Source: Trichoplax adhaerens (Eukaryota > Animalia > Placozoa). Taken from it: a stretch of 8,791 bases of DNA. The notes beneath the pieces are model-generated. The model worked only from the letters and a program-made list of their open reading frames with translations. It was not told the origin of the DNA and did not search any database. The position numbers were made by a program, and so were the translations under genes. The DNA lies in the NCBI RefSeq assembly GCF_000150275.1, contig NW_002061115.1:1-8791 (forward strand), written 5' to 3'. Of the stretch, positions 1 through 8,561 are shown one piece after another. Every line of letters starts with the position of its first letter. Within the stretch, counting starts at the first letter, position 1.

Positions 1-184
1 CCATCGGCCAAAGCGTACATCAAGGTTACCAGGCTTCAGGAACTGTAATGGCTGTTGCAATAACGTTACATTTGTATGTTGTCATCTTTTCAAGCCAATC
101 TTCAGGCTGTCTTACCTATCGCTACCCATCTATGATATCAAGTTGCAATAGTACTGTAAGATTACATCAATATTTTTTTATAAT

Positions 185-198
185 TATATATATATATA
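185..198. repeat. (TA)7 microsatellite
   Basis: tatatatatatata read directly. Confidence 0.8.
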
Positions 199-908
199 AT
201 AGAGAGTTATGAGCGAAATATTAATACAGCATAGAGGTACAATTGCAAAACGTTTATGCCCCTGCATAGCCAATATGTATTGAATTTTCTCTCAAGTATG
301 GTGGCATTCTAATTTACAGAGTTTTTGAATTTGTAACATTAAGCTGCATGCAGAAATGCTAATCAGGGTTATGTATCCCTCCGATTAATTATAGTACAGT
401 ATACTATCCTCGTATAAACCATTCATTTAAATTGTCCAGCAACCAACCATGCTACCTTTATAAGCTGCCAAAACATGGACTATTCGATCCACCTGGCTTG
501 GAGCTGGACCCGGCTATTTTAGCCAGTTATCATTCTATCAGAGACTACAGTACTACAAAAAGAGGCTGAAGAAATGATCGTTTAGTATACTCAAATACAT
601 AGGATGATTATTTCAGCTAAATTGTATGTCTGCCTACTATCTAGTGTCCATCATGGACAATTGAACATCCAAATAAGTTACTCGATACCCGAGAGGCAGA
701 GCTCCGGAAAAACAGCAGTCAGGAGTATTGCAGCGGGTAGATGCTTTACCTTGATAGTAGTGTCCCATACAGCCGTCAGTAGAGACCTTCTACTGTATAG
801 TAGAGCCCGCAAATTATATCATTTTGTATCAGCAAGTAGCACTGATATTTTCTCCGTATCATGGAGACTGTCCTACTGACTGGTTACATACTGATTCTTA
901 TTTAGTAA

Positions 909-960
909 ATCTATATTCTATCTATATGTTATATATAGATAGATAGATATACATATATAC
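909..960. repeat. Low-complexity TA/TAGA simple repeat tract
   Basis: Mixed tcta/tata/taga units read directly. Confidence 0.65.
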
Positions 961-1133
961 CAAACAAATTTTGTTTACATTAGTATCATTAAAGTACTAT
1001 TAAGAGATTGGTCGTGATTAGTGATCTTTCTAGTCTGATCAAGACTAGAAATTGGCCTTGAACAGTTATTTAATAATTAATCGCTTGCATTTGTTGCCTA
1101 GTCAAGTATTCAGTGATGCCATTCAAGAGAAAG

Positions 1134-1277
1134 ATGCCTTTCCTGTTTGAAAGCGTTTTAGTAACGGGAAGTAGTCGTGGGTTTGGCTTTGAGATGGTTC
1201 GCCAATTGGCTAATTTGTCATACCCACCCAAGTATATCTTTGCTACGTGCAGATCACCAGGTGGAGAGACAGCAAAG
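1134..1277 (+). CDS. Exon 1 of a classical short-chain dehydrogenase/reductase (C-factor/CsgA/Sniffer-like carbonyl reductase), copy A
   Basis: Translates MPFLFESVLVTGSSRGFGFEMVRQLANLSYPPKYIFATCRSPGGETAK with the TGxxxGxG Rossmann motif and the 'ATCR' beta2 end typical of this subfamily. It ends AAG|gt (phase 0) and is 42/48 aa identical to 8026-8169, with about 19 synonymous versus 6 non-synonymous changes. An in-frame upstream ATG exists at 1116. Confidence 0.88.
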
Positions 1278-1390
1278 GTGATCGCAAATTAAGACGATAC
1301 AAGGATTAAAGTTGATCGAGCTAAGTGATAAAGCAGTTTGCCTCCTAGTGATTTTTGATCGGTCAGGTTGATTGTTCAATTAGCTAGTAA
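1278..1390 (+). other. Start of intron 1 of SDR copy A, interrupted by the gap
   Basis: Begins with GT and aligns to 8170-~8287 (shared gcaaattaa, ttgatcgagctaagt, caggtt, aattag) right up to the N run. Confidence 0.8.
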
Positions 1391-1440
1391 NNNNNNNNNN
1401 NNNNNNNNNNNNNNNNNNNNNNNNNNNNNNNNNNNNNNNN
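1391..1440. other. Assembly gap (50 N)
   Basis: Run of 50 n. Confidence 1.
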
Positions 1441-1634
1441 CATTAGCTTTCCAGAGAAAAGTTACCCCGGCTAAACATCCTTAGAATTATGTCTATTGCT
1501 TAACCTTGATTTGTATCGTGGACAAACAAACAAACAAGCAGATTTCATTTTTATTTATGCAAGGAAGGATATTTCACTTTTTAGGCGATAAACAAATTTG
1601 GAGGCCTTTAAAATCATGATATCCTATTTTAAGA

Positions 1635-1677
1635 TTTATTCTAAGATAAAAAATTTGCTCGAATCTGATAATTTATT
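1635..1677 (-). promoter_or_regulatory. Two candidate AATAAA polyadenylation signals for hydrolase A (1672-1677, 1635-1640)
   Basis: tttatt on the + strand about 375-415 bp past the stop codon; both are retained at homologous positions in copy B. The AT-rich background weakens this. Confidence 0.45.
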
Positions 1678-2051
1678 GATTTTGAACATCAGGTGATCCA
1701 ATTTTATCGTGAGACACTAAGTCATTTATGTTGAGTTCCATAGCATAAAAATATTTTATGTCCTGATGGGTACCGCAAGAAAAATATTCAATCTTAGCAA
1801 ACTAAATTAATACATTGTCTAGCATGATGAAGAGAGTAGCGTATCGAGAACATATTTACTAAGTTTAGCAGAAGAACACAAACAGTACTTTTATGTAAGA
1901 TGTTAAATAACTACATCAAATGATGCAAAACTGGCAGATAGAGGATAAATCTATATAAGACAGAAGTTTGTTTTCTAGTGATGATATGTGCCCTTAGTCT
2001 TTGATGATGGCATATAATTATAATTGTCGACAGTGTACGAGTCATGTTAAA

Positions 2052-2858
2052 TTAAATAGTTTCCCAACGGATAACAGTATCTTGGAGTAAATAAGCTTGA
2101 AGAAATTTGACAAATTTATCGGGAAATTGGTGATGTATGAAGTGGCGACCACCGGGGATGATATACAATTGTGATCTTGGAATATTCTCTCGCTGATAGT
2201 GAGCATGAATAACAGGTGTGATAGGGTCATTTTCACCGTGTAGAATAAGTGTTGGACTTTGAATCTTGCTTAATTCTGATTGACACAAGCCTTGAGCATT
2301 ACGAAGTAATATTGAATGCGTGTTTAAATAGCTAGTGAAACATTGTTGCACTGTTACTATGTCACCATAAACTTTAACATAGTCTTTTAAAACCTTTGGA
2401 TCAAAGTCTGATTCGACGTTCTTAAGTTGATTTAGAATAGCAAGTTCTTTCTCAGTATTATAAGAGCGCGTTGCTAGTAAAATTAGTTTTTGAACCCTTG
2501 TCGGATACTTGGCAGCTAAAATCATAGCCGATACGCCACCGTCACAAAATCCGAGAACTGAATACTTTTCAAAACCTAAAGATTCCATGATAGCCGCGCA
2601 ATCGTCAGCATCTTTGTAATAAAAATCCAATGGATATTCACGAGTTTGGGGAGGTTTAGATCGACCGAGGCCTCGAAGATGAAATGTCACTATTCGTAAA
2701 TGATCGGGAACATTTTGTATCAAATAAGAAAATTCAATATCGCTAGCGCCGATATTACCTGGTATAATAACCAAAGTCTCTTCACCGTTACCCGATAATG
2801 AATAGTAGATATTTGTTTCCATGTTAGAAGTTTTCACACTGATGATATTGCTTAACAT
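2052..2858 (-). CDS. BPHL/valacyclovir hydrolase-like alpha/beta-hydrolase, copy A (268 aa, intronless CDS, Cys at the nucleophile position)
   Basis: Motifs IIPGNIG (oxyanion region), RGLGRSKPPQTREYPLDFYYKDA, GFCDGG, LAAKYP, PTLILHGEND, GGRHFIH; predicted triad C105-D211-H239. Start set at ATG 2858 (aaaATG) because it matches the copy B start; the track's 2942 start is a GTG with no counterpart in B. Confidence 0.93.
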   Translation of the reverse strand: MLSNIISVKTSNMETNIYYSLSGNGEETLVIIPGNIGASDIEFSYLIQNVPDHLRIVTFHLRGLGRSKPPQTREYPLDFYYKDADDCAAIMESLGFEKYSVLGFCDGGVSAMILAAKYPTRVQKLILLATRSYNTEKELAILNQLKNVESDFDPKVLKDYVKVYGDIVTVQQCFTSYLNTHSILLRNAQGLCQSELSKIQSPTLILHGENDPITPVIHAHYQRENIPRSQLYIIPGGRHFIHHQFPDKFVKFLQAYLLQDTVIRWETI

Positions 2859-5213
2859 TTTGGAAATATGAATGATAATAAAAAATGATTTATTCCATCT
2901 GAAGCAGATGGTGTATTTATCGATTTTGATGTTATATATCACTTTCTTCTTAATTTAATTTTAAGGTCGTACAGTACTAGAAAAGAAGTAGCGTACGGTA
3001 GCAATACGTTTAGAGTATAGGCAGTAGCTGAAGAAATATTTCGGTTAACTGGTACGGTATACTGTAAGATTAAATAATCAAATTCAATGAGTGCAATAAG
3101 CGATATTGCGTTAAAAGTTATTAGATTATTTTACATTCAGCAGAGCTATAATTATAATTAGTGAATATTATACAATAATGTCAGCAATACTACCATAAAA
3201 AATTGTATTACATTATCTTGTGTCAATCATAGCTGTTCTTATTGTATTACATTATATAGCTCAACTCTATATGTAGGATTAAAAAGGATTATAACACAAT
3301 TCAACAGCATGATATTGTATTATCCTTAACTACAGGTTACATATTACAGTATTTCATGAAAAACATTGGTAGTAGAGACGGACAATGTCCATTAATCTTA
3401 TCGGAGCAAAATACAGGATGAATTTTTATATTTTCGTTCCGTGGTAAACCTACTGGGAAAGTTGTCCACAACGGGAATCTTGTTTACGTTCTTATCTTGG
3501 ATAAAATCTAAGGAGCTTAGTGGTGGCCTTAACATTTTTGAAAGTCTCTGGCTGGCTAATACGAGCAATACTACTATACTTTAAAGCTGCACTAACTTAT
3601 GCTACCATACATTCTGTTCTGTATTCATTAGGTAAATGATAGCATACTATAAAGTCTCTTTATTCACTAGTCAAATCCTATTATTAGTCACGTATCGACA
3701 AATCGTTACGGATCCGTAAGAAATAGTAGAACAATAATTTAATTAGAACAAGAATCTAATTTAAAGTATTTTCATGAGCTCAAATGAAATGAAGTTCACT
3801 GTGATCTCGTCTCCGCAGTTCTTAAATACATTTCGTTTAATTTATTTATGGCAACTTATTGCCTACAATCAGAATTGAGTTATCGAATAGAAATATTTTC
3901 CACAAATAGCCTATCACAATGTTTTATAGTACGAGTCAATCAGCTTAAAATATCATCATTCTTTTATTAATTAATGTCCAACACCATAAGGTACTAGACA
4001 TCTTCACAGTGATATTATCTCAAGCCACATAAATCTAAAGCTAAAAGTTATGGAGCTATTCAATAATGTACAGTATACTGCAGTACTAACTACAAAGTAT
4101 TATAACTGTAGTTGCTATGTGAGTAAAGTCAGCCTTGAACAGGAGCTAATCCTCGTTAGATGCTAGCAATCGAAGGCCAGTCAATATGGCTAGATGTTGA
4201 TGTTTTCGATCATAAGTGATACCAGAAGTTAAAATCATTTTTAGAGTTACTATTGCTTTAAATCGATCTCTATACCATACTACGATAAATAAAAGTAATT
4301 TCTATGTTATTACTGTAATACCACTCTGCCGGTATTATTTTTCTAGAGCCAATCTAGGGTACAAGTCCGTAATCTCAAGATTACTACAATTTTTAAGTAG
4401 AAAAGTGTATTTAAACTTTAATTTATTAATAACAATTATATTATCAATCAAGCATGCAAATTCTGCAAATTGTATTGCTAGTTCAGGATGATTGATAAGC
4501 CAAACTATTTCTACTCGGTAACCATTGTGCAGTGCACGATTAGTTCAGAATGCAACGTATTACAAACATGAGAATAGCCAAAGTATTCATTATATAGCGT
4601 GCCCTTCGCGTAACAATATTATTTTTTTAGTGATAAGGAACTGTTTGATAATAATTTTCGGAAATTTAGGAATTTAAATCCAAAAACCAGCGTGTATAGT
4701 AGACTATAAATTATGTTTTATGACATATTTCTATGAAATATGAAGCAAAAAGCAGATCATGAAATAGTTTTATAATTAATTTATACTATTTTGGGATAAT
4801 GAAAGAAACTGTTAAGTGAGTTTCTTGAATGGAAAGGCTTCACAGTTTAATATGGTAGCTTCCTTGATGAGTTCATACTTTTGGGCACAGAAGTATCCGT
4901 GGTTTTTAATCTATTTCGTTTATGTTGTATGCCGATTACATTGATCAGTTAGTAACACTAGAATATAGTATAACAGACATAAAATTAAAATTAAATTATT
5001 ACTGAGTAACAGTTTTACCAACATGTTACGAGTACAGTAAATGACAAGATTATAAATATTCATTTATGCTTACACAAACAAAAACATTTTTACACAAATT
5101 TTAGACCCTTTGCTACAGATTGATGATTAGTAATTTATTTGATATATTGCATTTTTGAGGTGATAAATCTGGAGACCTTTATAATGATAACATCCTATTT
5201 TAAGATTTTAAGA

Positions 5214-5254
5214 TTTATTCCAGGATAAAAATTGTTCGAATCTGATGCTTTATT
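5214..5254 (-). promoter_or_regulatory. Two candidate AATAAA polyadenylation signals for hydrolase B (5249-5254, 5214-5219)
   Basis: Homologous to the pair in copy A; a further B-only AATAAA lies at 5571-5576. Confidence 0.45.
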
Positions 5255-5645
5255 GATATTTACATTAGACGATAAAATTTTATAGTAAAAAATTAAGTCA
5301 TTTATATTAAGTTCCATAGATATTGAAAAATATTCTATAGCCAATTTGTAAATGTTAGTAATCCTGATGAATACCGTAAGAGAAAAACTTTAAATCTTAG
5401 CTAATTAAATTAAAAAATAGTTTAGCAAAATGAAGAGAGTAGCATATCAAGAACATATTAACTGTTCATAATAAAAAAACACATATAGTAATTGTATCCG
5501 AGATGCTAAATAGCTACACCGGATGATGCAAAAGCGGCAAATTGAGGGTAAGTATAATAACAGGCAGAAGTTTATTTGTCAGTGGTGATATACGTCCTTA
5601 ATCGTTAATGATGGCATATAGTTGCCGACAGTGTACAAGTAATGT

Positions 5646-6452
5646 TTATATAGTTTCCCAATGGATAACAGTATCTTGGAGTAAATAGGCTTGAAGAAAT
5701 TTAACAAATTTATCGGGAAATTGATGATGTATGAAGTGGCGACCATCAGGGATGACATACAATTGTGATCTTGGAATATTCTCTCGTAGATAGTGAGCTT
5801 GAGTAACAGATATGCTACCGTCATTTTCACCATGTAGAATAAGTGTTGGACTTTGAATCTTGCTTAATTCTGATTGACACAAGCCTTGAGCATTACGAAG
5901 TAATGCTGAAAGCGTATTTAAATAGTTAGAGTAACATTGTTGAACCGTTGCCCTATCGCCATAAACTTTGAGATAATCTTTTAAAATTTTTGGATTACAA
6001 TCGGCGTCGATGTTCTTAAATTGATTTAGCACATCGAATTCTTTCTCGGTACTATAGGCACGCGTTGATAGTAAAATTAGTTTTTGAACCCTTGTCGGAT
6101 ACTTGGCAGCTAAAATCATAGCGGATACGCCACCGTCACAAAATCCGAGAACTGAATACTTTTCAAAACTTAAAGATTCCATGATAGCCGCGCAATCGTC
6201 AGCATCTTTGTAATAAAAATCCAATGGATATTCACGAGTTTGGGGAGGTTTAGATCGACCAAGGCCTCGAAGATGAAATGTCACTATTCGTAAATGATCG
6301 GGAACATTTTGTATCAAATAAGAAAATTCAATATCGCTAGCGCCGATATTACCTGGTATAATAACCAAAGTCTCTTCACCGTTACCCGATAATGAATAGT
6401 AGATATTTGTTTCCATATTAGAAGTTTTCACACTGATGATATTGCTTGACAT
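5646..6452 (-). CDS. BPHL/valacyclovir hydrolase-like alpha/beta-hydrolase, copy B (268 aa, intronless CDS, Cys at the nucleophile position)
   Basis: Intact ORF of the same length and motifs as copy A; about 33 of 268 aa differ (~88% identity); aaaATG context with an in-frame stop upstream. Confidence 0.95.
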   Translation of the reverse strand: MSSNIISVKTSNMETNIYYSLSGNGEETLVIIPGNIGASDIEFSYLIQNVPDHLRIVTFHLRGLGRSKPPQTREYPLDFYYKDADDCAAIMESLSFEKYSVLGFCDGGVSAMILAAKYPTRVQKLILLSTRAYSTEKEFDVLNQFKNIDADCNPKILKDYLKVYGDRATVQQCYSNYLNTLSALLRNAQGLCQSELSKIQSPTLILHGENDGSISVTQAHYLRENIPRSQLYVIPDGRHFIHHQFPDKFVKFLQAYLLQDTVIHWETI

Positions 6453-6530
6453 TTTAAAAGTATCTTTAGAAATATCGTTTTACTTTATGTCTAGTAGGAG
6501 TTTCTGACGATACTATAAAAACGCTGGTGC

Positions 6531-6804
6531 CTGAAGACCACTTTTTAGTGAATAGTCGCTTAGTTAGTTAACTAGTTCGTCAATTGCTATTGAATTGTCA
6601 AGACTTTAACCTTGGTTGACTAGATTTCTTGAGTAATAAATAGTAGTAATTCTCTGACTACTTCGTCTACACTATCAGTGACGCTGTAACTAGACTATAA
6701 TATTCGGTCGTTGGAATTGAACTATTTGATGATATAGCTAATCACGTCTCTTTAAGTCGGTAATAAGAGGCGTTCTTCGTAAGCGCTGGCGTGCGTAGAC
6801 TTAC
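6531..6804 (-). other. Putative 5'UTR intron of hydrolase B (274 bp)
   Basis: On the minus strand: GTAAGT donor (+ acttac 6799-6804), ACTAAC branch-like site (+ gttagt 6563-6568), and tcttCAG acceptor ending at 6531. An alternative acceptor tttttatAG ends at 6513. Confidence 0.5.
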
Positions 6805-7023
6805 TTTGCCACTAGTGGTGTGTGACAATCGTATATGTCGATTTCGATTCAATATCACTTTCTTCTTAATCTTTAATTTGGATATCGTACAGTACTGGAG
6901 AAGAAGCACCGTGCGGTAGTAATATGTCCAAAGTATAGGTAGTCGCTAAAGAAATATTTCGGATAACTGGTATACTGTAAGATTAAATAATCCAATTCAA
7001 TGAGTGTAATAAGCAATGTCGCG

Positions 7024-7362
7024 CTAAAAGTTATTGCATTTATTTACGTTCAGCAGAGTTATAATTAGTGAATACTATATAATAATATTAGCGAGATGAC
7101 AGTAATAATTTTATTAGGTTATCTTGTGTCAATCATATATGTTCCTATTGTATTCTATAGCTTAAATCATTATCATTAGAAAGGATTCTTTAGGAACTAA
7201 AAGTTATTAAATTAATTTACGTTTAACAGAGCTATAATAAGTGAATATTATACAATAATATTAGCGAGATGACAGTAATAATTGTATTAGGTTATCTTGT
7301 GTCAATCATATTTGTTCTTATTGCATTATATAGCTTAAATCATTATCATTAGAAAGGATTCT
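7024..7362. repeat. Direct tandem repeat, 2 x 166 bp (period 173)
   Basis: 7024-7189 and 7197-7362, both ctaaaagttatt...gaaaggattct, about 14 mismatches, 7-bp linker ttaggaa; single copy in unit A (~3111-3290). Confidence 0.93.
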
Positions 7363-8025
7363 AACATAATTCAACAGCACGATATCATATTACTCTTAAC
7401 TCCTAAGGGTCTCTATGTTACAGTATTTCATCAACAACAATTGAAGTCGAGAGGGACAATGTCTCATTAATCTCATTGGAGCAAAATACGGCATCGATTT
7501 TTATATTTTTGCCCTGTGCTAAACCTACCCGGTGGACTGTCCACAACAGAAATCTTCTTTACGCTCTCATCTTGGATCAAGCCTAAGGAATAAAGTTGTG
7601 ACATTAATTTTTTAAAAGTCCCTGACTGGCTAATACGGGCAACACTACTTTAAAGCTGCTCTAAAGTATGCCACTATACAGTAAATGAGGGCTCTGTATT
7701 CATCGGGTCAATGATAACATACTGTAAAGTCTATTTATTCAATTGATCTCATCAAATTAAACCAACTTAAGCGTACAGTGGCCTTGAGCCCCGTGATATC
7801 CTAATTAGCATACAAACAACCAAGGTTTGAAGATAGACCAGGTATCGAGTACTGACTGTGCTAGAGAAATCGATGATTACACTATCATTGCAACTATTCT
7901 CTGCGTATCATCATAAATTATCAACATAAGCCAACATCGAGACTACTGTATGAGTTCATCTTTAATAAAATAAAATTACTTGCATTTATTGCCTGCCTAA
8001 AGACTCAGTAACGCTTAACGAGAAG

Positions 8026-8169
8026 ATGCCTTTTCAGTTTGAGAGTGTTTTAGTAACAGGAAGTAGCCGTGGGATCGGTTTCGAAATGGTTCGCCAACTA
8101 GCTAATTTATCATGCCCACCCAAGTATATTTTTGCTTCTTGTAGATCTCCTGATGGCGAAGCAGCAAAG
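8026..8169 (+). CDS. Exon 1 of C-factor/Sniffer-like SDR, copy B
   Basis: MPFQFESVLVTGSSRGIGFEMVRQLANLSCPPKYIFASCRSPDGEAAK with canonical TGxxRGIG. Arg in the Gly motif and Arg after beta2 suggest NADP(H) preference. aagATG context; ends AAG|gt. Confidence 0.92.
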
Positions 8170-8561
8170 GTGCAAATTAAAACGATGTATTGATTGAACT
8201 TGATCGAGCTAAGTTGATACACTTGCAGACTGTCTCATCAAAAATGATTCTAGATCAGCCAGGTTTATGGCTAAATTAGATATTAAAACGCAACTACAAT
8301 AGCGATGCTAAACGACGATAAAAGTGTGTATTATTCTAATATTGTTATACTGTAGCAGTTTATTAAACGACAAACAGCATAATACTGTATACTACTGATT
8401 TTATTTTTTACTTTTCACCGATTCATGTCCATTTTATCATGATGAATCATGACCGTACTGATGTGACTTCATTCGATATCCATAGCGATAGGTCGATTTT
8501 ATACTATCCTGTTTTAACTGTTCTGTGTATTGATGATGAACACTCGGAATGTCAATGATAG
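8170..8561 (+). other. Intron 1 of SDR copy B (392 bp, phase 0)
   Basis: gtgcaa...gatag; splicing joins ...EAAK to ELRDF... in frame. Confidence 0.75.

Larger units (their letters stand above)
1568..3666. repeat. Tandem segmental duplication unit A (hydrolase gene with both flanks)
   Basis: Collinear with 5141-7741 from gatatttcac/gatatattgc to aaagtctctttattca/aaagtctatttattca. Flanks are visibly diverged with many indels; boundaries are approximate. Confidence 0.9.
5141..7741. repeat. Tandem segmental duplication unit B
   Basis: Collinear with 1568-3666 (offset 3594 across the CDS). About 500 bp longer because of extra sequence at ~6476-6830 and an internal 173-bp duplication. Confidence 0.9.

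Noticed and set aside
1-180. Open frames and a gtaag site at the window start
   Set aside because: Several frames are open but none gives a recognisable protein or a consistent exon
604-879. 91-aa + strand ORF
   Set aside because: No recognisable motif, no paralog or splice support
2042-2236. 64-aa minus-strand ORF, and its counterpart at 5579-5833
   Set aside because: Alternate-frame shadows of the hydrolase 3' ends; their similarity follows from the duplication and their stop positions differ
2859-2942. 28-aa N-terminal extension of hydrolase A in the ORF track
   Set aside because: It starts at GTG in a eukaryotic context and is not conserved in copy B, which has an in-frame stop upstream of its ATG
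4216-4491. 91-aa + strand ORF in the unique spacer
   Set aside because: GTG start, composition typical of translated AT-rich DNA, no motif
6129-6146. Dienelactone hydrolase assignment from GFCxGG
   Set aside because: The rest of the protein matches BPHL-type motifs (RGxGxSxPP..R.yP.DFY..DA, LAAKYP, cap domain, LHGxxD)
6476-6830. MITE or transposon insertion explaining the B-specific segment
   Set aside because: No terminal inverted repeats or target-site duplication found; splice signals explain it better
8034-8222. 62-aa minus-strand ORF
   Set aside because: Antisense shadow of SDR-B exon 1
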